Positions 24,855-36,625 of a DNA stretch of 64,000 bases are shown piece by piece. The DNA is taken from the NCBI GenBank assembly GCA_038087875.1, contig JAXLNO010000065.1, forward strand, positions 310,001 to 374,000, written 5' to 3'. Source of the stretch: Malacoraja senta (taxonomy: Eukaryota). A model generated the notes under the pieces. That model saw nothing but the letters and a program-made list of their open reading frames with translations, did no database searches and had not been told where the DNA came from. The position numbers and the translations under genes were made by a program. Numbering within the stretch: position 1 is the first letter of the stretch; the number at the start of each line of letters is the position of its first letter.

Positions 24855-26010
24855 CACATGTCATACAAACTTAAATCACACGGTATTGGGGGTTCAGTAT
24901 TGATGTGGATAGAGAACTGGCTGGCAAACAGGAAGCAAAGAGTAGGAGTAAACGGGTCCTTTTCACAATGGCAGGCAGTGACTAGTGGGGTACCGCAAGG
25001 CTCAGTGCTGGGACCCCAGCTATTTACAATTTATATTAATGATCTGGACGAGGGAATTGAAAGCAACATCTCCAAGTTTGCGGATGACACTAAGCTGGGG
25101 GGCAGTGTTAGCTGTGAGGAGGATGCTAGGAGACTGCAAGGTGACTTGGATAGGCTGGGTGAGTGGGCAAATGTTTGGCAGATGCAGTATAATGTGGATA
25201 AATGTGAGGTTATCCACTTTGGTGGCAAAAACGGGAAGGCAGACTATTATCTAAATGGTGGCCGATTTGGAAATGGGGAGATGCAGCGAGACCTGGGTGT
25301 CATGGTACACCAGTCATTGAAAGTAGGCATGCAGGTGCAGCAGGCAGTGAAGAAAGCGAATGGTATGTTGGCCTTCATAGCAAGAGGATTTGAGTATAGG
25401 AGCAGGGAGGTTCTACTGCAGTTGTACAGGGTCTTGGTGAGACCACACCTGGAGTATTGCGTACAGTTTTGGTCTCCAAATCTGAGGAAGGACATTATAG
25501 CCATAGAGGGAGTGCAGAGAAGGTTCACCAGACTGATTCCTGGGATGTCAGGACTTTCATATGAAGAAAGACTGGATAGACTTGGCTTATACTCGCTAGA
25601 ATTTAGGAGATTGAGAGGGGATCTTATAGAAACGTACAAAATTCTTATGGGGTTGGACAGGCTAGATGCAGGAAGATTGTTCCCGATGTTGGGGAAGTCC
25701 AGGACAAGGGGTCACAGCTTAAGGATAAGGGGGAAATCCTTTAAGACCGAGATGAGGAAAAACTTTTTCACACAGAGAGTGGTGAATCTCTGGAACTCTC
25801 TGCCACAGAGGGTAGTTGAGGCCAGTTCATTGGCTATATTTAAGAGGGAGTTAGATGTGGCCCTTGTGGCTAAAGGGATCAGGGGGTATGGAGAGAAGGC
25901 AGGTACGGGATACTGAGTTGGATGATCAGCCATGATCATATTGAATGGCGGTGCAGGCTCGAAGGGCCGAATGGCCTACTCCTGCACCTATTTTCTATGT
26001 ATCTATATGT
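24855..26010 (+). mobile_element. CR1 LINE, 5'-truncated, uninterrupted 352-aa RT C-terminal ORF
   Basis: ORF 24858-25916 with [15 protein letters not shown] and RPHLEYCVQFW; nearly identical to the copy at 10645-12098. Confidence 0.95.
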
Positions 26011-26452
26011 CCATGTACCTGTGCAAATGTTTCTTAAACATTGCTCTAGTACCTGCCTCAACTACCTCCTCCAGCAGCTTGTTACACCTACCACCCTTTA
26101 TATAAAAAAGTCAACCCTCAGGTTCCTATTAAATCTTTCCCCCTCCCCTTACCTTAAACCTATATCCTCTGGTTCTCGATTCCCCTATGGGCAATTTCTC
26201 TCAGTATTTAATACACTATAAGATCACTCCCCATCCTCCTGTGCTTCAAGGAATAGAGTCCCAGCCTGCTCAACCTCTCCCTATAGGTCAGGCCCTCGAG
26301 TCCTGGCAACATCCTTATAAATCTTCTCTGCACCCTTTCCAGCTTGACAACATCTTTCCTATAACATGGTGCCCACAACTGAACCCAATACTCTAAATGC
26401 AGCCTCACCAACATCTTATATAACTGCAACATGACCTCCAAACTCCTATACT
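26005..26452 (-). mobile_element. CR1/HER1-like fragment; its tail lies at 24750-24846, split off by the + strand CR1
   Basis: VRLHLEYWVQLWAPCYRKDVVKLERVQRRF in ORF 26208-26504. Confidence 0.75.
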
Positions 26453-26584
26453 CATGGGGAGAATGTGCAAACTTCGTACAGACAGCACCCGTAGTCAGGA
26501 TCAAGCAAGTGTATTGTGCAAAGCAGAGAGTGACAGGTGAGAGATACAGGGTGCTGACAGGCTAATCTGCACGCTTTAATGTTT

Positions 26585-27605
26585 GCGGTGGTGCAGTGGC
26601 GCAGCAGTAGAGTAGCTACCTTACAGCGCCAGACACCCGGGTTCGATCCTGACTATGGGTGCTGACTGTGCAGAGTTTGTGCATTCTCCCTGTGACCGTG
26701 TGGGTTTTCCCCGGGAGCGGTTTCCTCCCACAGTCCAAAGACGTACAGGTTTGTAGGTTAATTGGCTTTGGTAAAATGGTACAAGATGGTTGCACAGCTG
26801 TTCCTGCTGTGTCTGTATTGCATTACCCAGCTGGCAGCCTCAGAGTCTTATTGAACCCATAGACTGTGTTTAACTAAAGGCAGTGTGAGTTGGTCCTCTC
26901 CCCGGTCTCTGTAGTCTCAGATCACAACTGGGAATAAGGTAGTGTCGCACAGCAGGACAGTGGTGTAGCTGGCAGAGCTGCTGCCTCACAGCGCCAGACA
27001 CCCGGGTTGGATTCTGACCTCGGGTGCTGTCTGCGTGGAGTTTGCACATGCGTGGGTTTCCTCCATGTGCTCTGGTTTCCTCCCATGTCCCATAGACGTC
27101 TGGGTTTGACAGTTGTTTACCTGTAACTTGCCCCTGGTGTGTAGGGAATGGATGAGAAAGTGAGATGACATAGAACTAGTATGAACAGGTGATCGATTGT
27201 TGGCATGGACTTGATGGGCCAAAGGGCCTGTTTCCATGCTGCATCTTTCAATCTTTCAAATGGGAATGGGAATTAGCCATTAGGCCCCCCTATTCTACCC
27301 CCACCCCCCCATTTAATAAGACCATTGCTAATCTATTCTGGGCTTAATTCCTCTTCTGTGCCATCTCGGGTTCGATTCTGACCTTGGCTGCTGCCTGTTG
27401 TTTGCACGTTCACCCTGTGATCGTGTGGGTTTCCTACCACATCCCAAGACGTGCGGGTGTGTGGGTTAACTGGCCTCTGTAAAGTGTCCCCAGTGTGTAG
27501 GGAGTGGATGGGAAAGTGGGGTAACATAGAACTAGTGTGAATAGGTGATCAATGGTCGGCGTGGGCTCAATGGGCCGAAGGGCCTGTTTCTACGTTGTAA
27601 ACTGA
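26585..27605 (+). mobile_element. Cluster of three HE1-like SINEs (about 26585-26780, 26955-27260, 27365-27605)
   Basis: Repeated head, V-domain and tail motifs. Confidence 0.75.
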
Positions 27606-27842
27606 AATGAACCCTTTGAGGGGGTGCACAAAAGAGAGAAAGAGATGAATGAAATGCGAAAAGAAGACAAAATGGCAGAATTGAATGGGGAACCAGACGA
27701 TCGATTATCCTGCGGGCTTGAGTGGGAGTCAAAAATGAATCTTGAAGTCATGTTTGTGCCAAAACCCTTTAGTAAAAAGCACAGATTCTCTGCCTGTGGA
27801 CTTTTTCCTGTTGACTCATCTCACTTCCTGTCCGAAGTAAAA

Positions 27843-30800
27843 TATAGAAACATAGAAACATAGAAAATATGTGCAGGAGGAGGCCATTCGGCCCTTCGAG
27901 CCAGCATCGCCATTTATTGTGATCATGGCTGATCGTCCCCTATCAATAACCCGTGCCTGCCTTCTCCCCATATCCCTTGACTCCACTAGCCCCTAGAGCT
28001 CTATCTAACTCTCTCTTAAATCCATCCAGTGACTTGGCCTCCACTGCCCTCTGTGGCAGGGAATTCCAAAAATTCACAACTCTGGGTGAAAAAGTTTTTT
28101 CTCACCTCAGTCTTAGATAACCTCCCCTTTATTCTAAGACTGTGGCCCCTGGCTCTGGACTCGCACCACATTGGGAAAAATTTTCCTGCATCTAGCTTGT
28201 CCAGTCCTTTTATAATTTTATATGTTTCTATAAGATCCCCCCTCATCCTTCTAAACTCCAGTGAATACAAGCCTAGTCTTTTCAATCTTTCCTCGTATGA
28301 CAGTCCCGCCATCCCAGGGATCAATCTCGTGAACCTACGCTGCACTGCCTCGATCACAAGGATGTCCTTCCTCAAATTAGGAGGCCAAAACTGTACACAA
28401 TACTCCAGATGTGGTCTCACCAGAGCCCTATACAACTGCAGAAGAACCTCTTTACTCCTATACTGAAATCCTCTTGTTATGAAGGCCAACATTCCATTAG
28501 CTTTCTTCATTGCCTGCTGTACCTGTAAGCCAACTTTCAGTGACCGTTGTACAAGGACGCCCAGGTCTCGTGCACCTCCCCCTTACCTAACCTAACCCCA
28601 TTGAGATAATAATCTGCCCCCTCGCTTTTGCCGCCAAAGTGGATAACCTCACATTTATCTATATTATACTGCATCTGCCACGCATCTGCCCACTCACTCA
28701 ACCTGTCCAGGTCACCCTGCAACCTCCTAACATCCTCTTCACAGTTCATACTGCCACCCAGCTTTGTGTCATCCGCAAACTTGCTAGTGTTGCTCCTAAT
28801 TCCCTCTTCCAAATCATTAATATATATGGTAAACAGTTGCAGCCCCAACACCGAGCCTTGTGGCACTCCACTCGCCACTGCCTGCCATTCTGAAAAGGAC
28901 CCATTCACTCCTACTCTTTGCTTCCGGTCTGCCAACCAATTTTCTATCCATGTCAACACCCTACCCCAATACCATGTGCTCTAATTTTAGTCACCAGTCT
29001 CCCGTGCGGGACCTTATCAAAGGCTTTCTGAAAGTCTAGATACACTACATCCACTGGCACCCCTTCATCCATTTTACTTGTCACATCCTCAAAAAATTCC
29101 AGAAGATTAGTCAAGCATGATTTCCCTTTCATAAATCCATGTTGACTTGGACTATTCCTTTTACTGCTATCCAAATGCCCCATTATTACCTCTTTAATAA
29201 TTGACCCCAGCATCTTTCCCACCACCGAAGTCAGGCTAACTGGTCTGTAATTCCCCGTTTTCTCTCTCGCTCCTTTCATGAAACGTGGGATAACATTAGC
29301 TATCCTCCAATCCACAGGAACTGATCCTGAATCTATTGAACATTGGAAAATGATCACCAATGCATCCACTATTTCTAGAGCCACCTCCCTGAGGACCCTG
29401 GGATGCAGACCATCAGGCCCAGGGGATTTATCATCCTTCAGTCCCATTAGCCTACCCAATACTATTTCTCGCCTAATGAAAATTTCTTTCAGTTCCTCTA
29501 CCCCCTTAGATCCTCTGTCCTCCAGTACATCTGGGAGATTGTTTGTGTCTTCATTAGTGAAGACAGATCCGAAGTACCTATTCAACACTTCTGCCATTTC
29601 TTTGTTGCCCATAATAATTTCACCCGTGTCTGCCTTCAAGGGACCTACATTTGACTTTGCTACTCTTTTTCCCTTAACATATCTAAAGAAGCTTTTACTG
29701 TCCTTCTTTATATTCCTGGCCAGGTTCCCTTCGTACTTCATCTTTTCAGCCCGTATTGCCCGTTTTGTTTCCTTCTGTTGTCCTATGAAAGTTTCACAAT
29801 CCTCTGGCTTCCAGCTACTCTTTGCTGTGTTATACATCTTTTCTTTTAGTTTTATTTTATCCCTAACTTCTCTTGTCAGCCACGGTTGCCTCCTACTCCC
29901 CTTAGAATCTTTCTTCCTTTTTGGAATGAAATGATCCTGCGCCTTCCGGATTATGCCCAGAAAATCCTGCCATTGCTGTTCCACCATCATTCCTGCTAGG
30001 ATCCCTTTCCAGTCTGCCTTGGCCAGCTCCCCTCTCGTGCCTTCATAATCCCCTTTGTTCAACTGCATCACTGACACTTCCGATTTAACCTTCTCCTTCT
30101 CAAATTGCAGATTAAAACTAATCATGTTATGATCATTACCTCCAAGCGGTTCCTTTACCTCGAGTTCTCTTATCATATCTGGTTCGTTGGACAACACTAA
30201 ATCCAGAATTGCCTTTTCTCTGGTCGGCTCCATTACAAGCTGCTCTAAGAATCCATCTCGGAGGCATTCTACAAACTCTCTTTCTTGGGGTCCTGAACCA
30301 ACCTGATTTTCCAAGTCTACCTGCATATTGAAATCCCCCATCACCACAGTGGCATTACCTTTGTTACATGCCAGTTTTAACTCCTGCTGCAACTTACACC
30401 CTACATCCGGGCTACTATTTGGGGGTCTGAAAAATAACACCAATTAGTGTCTTCTTGCCTTTACAATTCCTCAACTCAATCCACAGTGACTCTACCTCGT
30501 CAGTCCCTGTCTTCCCTCGCAAGGGACTAAATTCCATCCCTCACCAGCAGAGCTACCCGCCCTCCTCTGCCCACCTGCCTGTCCTTTCTATAGGATGTAT
30601 AACCCTGAATATTAAGTTCCCAGGCCCGATCCTCCTGCAGCCACGTCTCAGTAATCCCCACAATGTCATATCTACCAACCTCTAACTGAGCCTCAAGCTC
30701 ATCTACTTTACTTCTTATACTTTGCGCATTCATATAAAATACTTTTAATTCCTTACGCATCTCACCTTTCACATTGATCCCTATTACACTTGGCCATACT

Positions 30801-31760
30801 CTCCTATCCCGTTGTGAGCTTCCTTTCCCGTTAATTCTGGGGTCATTAACTATCCCTTTACTCTCTTTCCCTTTAACTCCATCCTCGACTATCCCATTTG
30901 ACACCCCAGCCCCTTTATTCAGTTTAAAACCACCCGTGCAGCAGTGGCAAACCTGCCTGCCAGAATGCTGGTCCCCCACCTGTTAAGATGCAATCCGTCC
31001 CTTTTGTACAGTTCCCTCTTACTCCAAAACAGATCCCAGTGATCTACGAATCTAAATCCCTGCCCCCTGCACCAGTTCCTCAGCCACACATTCAGGTCCC
31101 GTATCTCCCTGTTCCTGCTCTCGCCAGCACGAGGAACTGGAAGCAAACCGGAGATAACCACCCTGATGATCCTGCTTTTCAGCATTTTTCCGAGCTCTCT
31201 AAAGTCACGCTGCAGAATATTCATCCCCTTCTTTCCGACATCGTTTGTGCCAACATGCACTGCCACTTCCGGCTGTTCACCTTTGCCCTTCAGGATTTTC
31301 TGCACTCTGTCCATGACATCCTGGATCCTGGCACCAGGAAGGCAGCACACCATCCTCGAATCCCGTCTGTTCCTGCAGAAACCCCTGTCCGTACCTCTCA
31401 CAATGGAGTCTCCAACTACCATGGCGTTGCCTGACGTTGGCCTCTTTGGTTTTGGCTCAACAGCCCTTTTTGCTTCGCAAGCCAGTGCGCCGCTCAGTGT
31501 GATAACGTCTTCTGTCCCGACAGCTTCTAAGTGGGTGAACCTGTTCACAAGAGGTACAACACCCAGGGACGTTTGCATTCCATGTTTTCCTCCCTTTCTC
31601 ACCGTCACCCACCTTCTCGCTTCCAGTACCTTAGGTGTAACAATCTTACTGTAGGACTTGTCAAGGAACGACTCAGTTTCTCGGACGAACCTGAGGTCAT
31701 CCACTTGCTTCTCCAGCCATCCTCCCTGACGAATCATAGAACAGAGGGTCAAGGCGTAAA
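27843..31760 (-). mobile_element. Near full-length CR1 LINE (ORF1 esterase + ORF2 EN/RT with frameshifts)
   Basis: ORF2 pieces 30527-30979 (YMNAQSI, GITETWL), 28953-30443, 28537-28959 and 28016-28510; (CATAGAAA)n tail at 27843-27868. Confidence 0.95.
30919..31760 (-). pseudogene. CR1 ORF1 with SGNH/GDSL esterase domain
   Basis: VVGDSIVRG, CLPGARI, VHVGTND and DGLHLN blocks; the annotated N-terminus derives from the adjacent SINE. Confidence 0.85.
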
Positions 31761-31789
31761 GGGGGTGAAAGACAATTGCAGGTGGCACA

Positions 31790-34700
31790 GTGGCACAGTG
31801 GCACAGCTGGTAGAGCTGCTGCCTCACAGCGCCTGACATCCTGGTTCAATCTTGGTTTTGGTTCCTGTCTGTGTGGAGTTTGCACATTCCTCCTGTGTCC
31901 TTCCTTGTGCTCTGGTTTCCTCTCACATCCCGAACACGTGTGGTTTAGTAGGTTAATTGGCTTCTGTAAAATTATCTCTGGTGTGTAGCTGACTGGTAGA
32001 ATCTGGGAAGAATTGATGACATTAGCGTGGAGTTGTATAAATATGAGGTTTTAGTTTTCGATACAGACCCTTCAGCCCACCAAGTCCACGCCGACCAACA
32101 ATCACCCATACACCAGTTCTATCGTATACACTAGGAACAATTTGTAGAAACTAATTAATTTACAAATCTGTACATATTTGGAGTGTGGGTGGAAACCGGA
32201 GCACCCAGAGAAAACCCACATGGTCACAGGAAGAACGTACAAATTACAGACAGACAGCACCCGTGGTCAGGATCAAACCCAGGTCTCTGGCGCTCTAAGG
32301 TGGCAACTCTACCGCTGCGCCACTGTGCCACCCACAAATGGTTGATGGTCAACAAGGATTTGATGGGCCGAATGGCCTTTAGAATGCTGTACCTCTCTAC
32401 TACATCTGGATGTATTTCCCTATGGAGAAGGATGGAGGATAATGGTGAGGAGCTGGAGCATGTGACTGGGATCGTTCGATTTCAGTAGGGTTGGTCTGCT
32501 GGATGTCTGCATCATCTCACCAGAGATTCTGCCTCAGTATAAGCTTCGACATGCAGCGGCCTATGCAGGCGTTAAGGACTCGGTCTGTGGATTGAAGTAA
32601 TAAAAATAAGGTCTACTTACTGCCAGGCCTCAGTAGACCAAGGTCCATCCAGTTGGGCTCTTTGCCATCCTGCAGTATCGTTCATCAGCTGGCGGAAACC
32701 TGCAAACCGCAATGTATTACTTTGAAATTTTCCGCAAAGAAACATAATGCCGTCCGACCGGGGAGATTAGTGTTCTTGCTGTCGATTCCATCTGGTGTGT
32801 CATCTGCTTTTCAAATGTAATGAGGTAAATGTCAGAGTGAATTAGAAAGTATGTCCACTGACTCAAAACCAGGCGTGCAATAATGTCATCTGCAAACCTT
32901 CTGGTCGGACTAAGCAAGGAGCGAAGAGGAAGGTGTCTCCCAGTCATTGTCACCCGGCATTCATTTCCTCAGCCAAGAACATTAACGTTTCTTGTGGAAG
33001 GACAACCCCCTCCCCAGAGTCTGGTGGAAATCAGAAGAAATGGCAGCATCCCTTCTGAAATGATATGTGACAATGCACTGGGAGTATAAGTCTTTCCAAT
33101 GAGGACGAGGGATGTCTTTGGGATGTGGAAGGAAATGGAAGCAAACCCAATCAGAAGGTGCAAACTGCCCACTGACAGGATTGAACCAGGGTCTGCATTG
33201 CCGCAAGGCAGCAGCTTTGCCTGCTGGGTCACTGTGTAGTAAAGACACACCTGGCCCACCAAGTCCGCACCAACCAGCGATCACCCGTACACTAGTTCTA
33301 TCCTACACACTAGGGACAATTTACAGAAACCAATTGACCTACAAATCTGCATGTCTTTGGGATGAGGGAGGAAACCGGAGCACCCGAAGAAAGCCCATGC
33401 AGTCACAGGGAGAACGTACAAACAAACTCCGTACAGACAGCAGCTAAGGTCACGATCCAACCCGGGTCTCTGCCGCTGTAAGGCAGCAAGTTTAGCACTA
33501 TGCCACTGTGCTGCCCCATTATTCAGTAGGTTTCAATGAGATTCCCCCTCATCCTTCCAATCTCCAGTGAGTACAGGCCCAGAGCCATCAAATGCTCAAA
33601 AATCAAAAGGATCAATTGCCAGTTAGATCAGTGAGCTCAGGGCTGGTGTGAACAGGGCTCGACACAGACTTTATCAACAGGTTCCTTTTTCATTTGAATG
33701 AAAGATGGAAGTACATTTTCAAGTCTGATTGGAACAAGAGCAGATAGAAACTATAGGGCCCCAGTCGTCTTCTTCTTGCGTATGGCGTGCACAGCCTAAA
33801 GTTGTAGGACAACTTGAGGACCCCAGTTACAAAGGATGTTTGGTTTGGTTTAATTTAGTTTAATTTGGAGATCCAGCGTGGAAACAGGCCCACTGAGTCT
33901 GCTCCAACCAGTGATCCCTGCACACTAACATTATTCTTCACACTAGAGACAATTTACAATTTTTGCAGAAGCCAAATTAATTTACAAACCTGTATTGTTT
34001 TTTGAGTGTGGGTGGAAACCGGAGAAAACCCACGCTGTCACGGGGAGAAGGTACAAACTCCGTACAGACAGTACCCGTAGTCTGGATCGATCCAGGGTCT
34101 CTGGTGCTGTAAGGCAGCAACTCTACTGCTGCGCAACCCTGCTGCCCCCAAATTGACCTGGGATTTACCATAGGCCCAGGTGGTGAGATGTGCCACTTCC
34201 CTCCTTCCATAATGCCACAGCTCTGTCTAACATTGACCGCAACAACAGGGCAACAGCAATGTGAACACTTTTATATTCCTGCCCAGAGCCCCTTCTTCTT
34301 CAGTTAGTTTAGCTCTGGTGCTTATTGTTGCTGACATCATCTGATGCCATGTTATGGCTCTGGGCACGGTCACAAAAGATTGATGTTAAATTATTCCAAC
34401 AATGATAGCACAGGAGTTAAACTAATTGAGAAAGAAGAGAGAATCAGCAAGAAAAGATGCGTGAAGAAGGACCAAAAGCAAATTTTTATGGGCATATATT
34501 ACGGCATTTAACTGGAGACTCACAAATCCACGGGAAAGGATATTGAGGCATGAAAGAGCAATGGTATCTGCTGTGCACGACATGCAAGCTCCAAGCATTT
34601 ATTCATCAGGATGCTGCTGCTCCCTGAACTCTAGACTCTTCATACCACCTATAGCTGTGGGCAATCTGGGATATAATGCTCGTTTTAGTTCTCTGAACTT

Positions 34701-35160
34701 TGGAGGAGGATTTCCTATGAGAACTGAGGAAGTATCTTCTCTAAAGGATGAGCATCCATGGTGAGTCTGCACTGAATCTGGTGGTCTTGCCTGGGGCACT
34801 TGTTGCATTGTTCCAGTTGGCTTCTTGGTCATCCAGTCCTGGGTGGTGCTAAACCTCTTCAGTACTTGATGACGGCATGCTGCCTTACAACGCCAGAGAC
34901 CCAGGTTCGATCCTGACTACCGGTGCTAATTTATGGAGTTTGTATGTTCTCCCTGCGACCATGTGGGTTTTCTCCAGGTGCTCTGGTTTCCTCCCACACT
35001 CCAATGACGTACAGGTTTGTAAGTTAATTGGCTTCTGTAAAATTGTAAATTGTCCCTAGTGTGTAGGATAGTGTTAGTGTACAGGGATTGTTGGCCGGCG
35101 CAGGCAGGGTGGGCCGAAGGGCCTGTTTCCAGGCTGTATCTCCGAACTAAACAAAATTAA
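31790..35160. mobile_element. SINE-rich stretch: HE1-like copies at about 31790-32040 (+), 32050-32335 (-), 33245-33520 (-), 33845-34148 (-), 34877-35160 (+)
   Basis: Recurrent SINE consensus motifs. Confidence 0.75.
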
Positions 35161-35454
35161 ACTCCTGTTGCACAACATTGTTGAGTTCAGCTCCATCGAT
35201 CTTTGAACCCAAACGTGGAAAACCTTTATAAAAATATGAGAGTTTTTAAAACTTGCACAAAGCCTTACGTATCTACAAATAAATACAACATTTGCAACAT
35301 CATTGATATAGTGGATAAATAAGAAAAGTAAAGATCCACATTAAGGACAATAATTAAGATTCCACTCCAAATGGTCGCAAGTTTTGTCCCAAAAAGTCAA
35401 AGCTAATTGTTCACGCCCATATGTAATTCAAATGAACTGATTTATGCCAAATAT

Positions 35455-35540
35455 CTCCCTCTCAACCCAGATGCAACAAGGACAGAGTTCCCCTGGTCCT
35501 CACCTTTCACTGCACCAGCCACTGCATCCAACACACCAAC
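35455..35540 (+). mobile_element. Penelope-like ORF fragment
   Basis: Translates as PRCNKDRVPLVLTFHCTSHCIQH, resembling the PLE region between RT and the GIY-YIG nuclease. Confidence 0.6.
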
Positions 35541-36150
35541 TTTAAAGCAAGAGAAAAATAAAATTGCATGTATTTCCTCCTGGTGCTGTGGTCTCCTCCA
35601 CATCCCAGAGATGTATGGATTAGTAGGGTCATTGGCCACTGTAAATCGTGCCTTGAGTGTAGCTGAATGGCAGAATCTGGGGGCGCGTATGATAAAGGGG
35701 AAGAATTTCTTAACCAAATGGATTAATGTAGGATTAGTGTGAATTGGTGATTGATAGTTGATGTGAACTCGATCGGCTGTTTCTGTATCTGCCCATCATA
35801 ACTTCATGGGGTCATTAGTGATAGAGCAGAATTAGGCCATTTGGCCTATAAAGTCTACTCCGCCATTCAATCATGGCTGATCTATCTCCCCCTCCTAACC
35901 CCATTCTCCTTCTTCTCCCCATCACCTCTGACACCCCTACCTGACTCTAAATATGTAGTGATCATCAAATATTCCCACTTTTGAGGTTGTGATGAGGTAC
36001 AGGTCATTGATGAGACAAGAGTTAAGAGTGTTTTATTGTCATATGTCCCAGATAGGACAATGAAATTCTTGCTTGCTACAGCACAACAGAATATGTGGAA
36101 CAGGCTGGATCGGGTTGAATCAGGCTGGATCAGGTCAGATTGGTCATAGA

Positions 36151-36625
36151 GTTACAGTATAGTGTTACAGATCGATACGGTGTGGAAACAGGCCCCTTGG
36201 CCCAACTTGCCCACACCGGTCAACATGCCCCAGCTACACTAGTCCCACCTGCCAGCATTTGGTCCATATCCCTCCAAACCTGTCCTATCAATGTACCTGA
36301 CTAACTGCTTCTTAAATGTTGCGATAGTCCCAGACTCAACTAATTCCTCTGGCAGTTTGTTCCATACATCCACCACCCTTTGTGTGAAAAAGTTACCCCT
36401 CAGATTCTTATTAAATCTTTTCCCCTTCACCTTAAACCTATGTCCTCTGGTCCTCGATTCACCTACTCTGGGCAAGAGACTGTGCGCATCTACCCAATCT
36501 ATTCCTCTCATGATCTTATACACCTCTATGAGATCACCCCACATCCTCCTGGCGCTCCAGGGAATAGAGTCCCAGCCTACTCAACCCCTGCCTTTAGCTC
36601 AGACCCTCTAGTCCTGGCAACATCC
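36151..36625 (-). mobile_element. CR1/HER1-like 3' fragment with TSD
   Basis: ORF 36239-36544 (GDLIEVYKIM...TRGH...FFTQRVV..WN.LP); TCATAGA at 36144-36150 and 36626-36632. Confidence 0.85.

Noticed and set aside
29278..29934. Antisense ORFs over CR1 copies (also 11322-11714, 25247-25639, 28029-28466)
   Set aside because: Shadow frames of the RT coding strand with no independent support.
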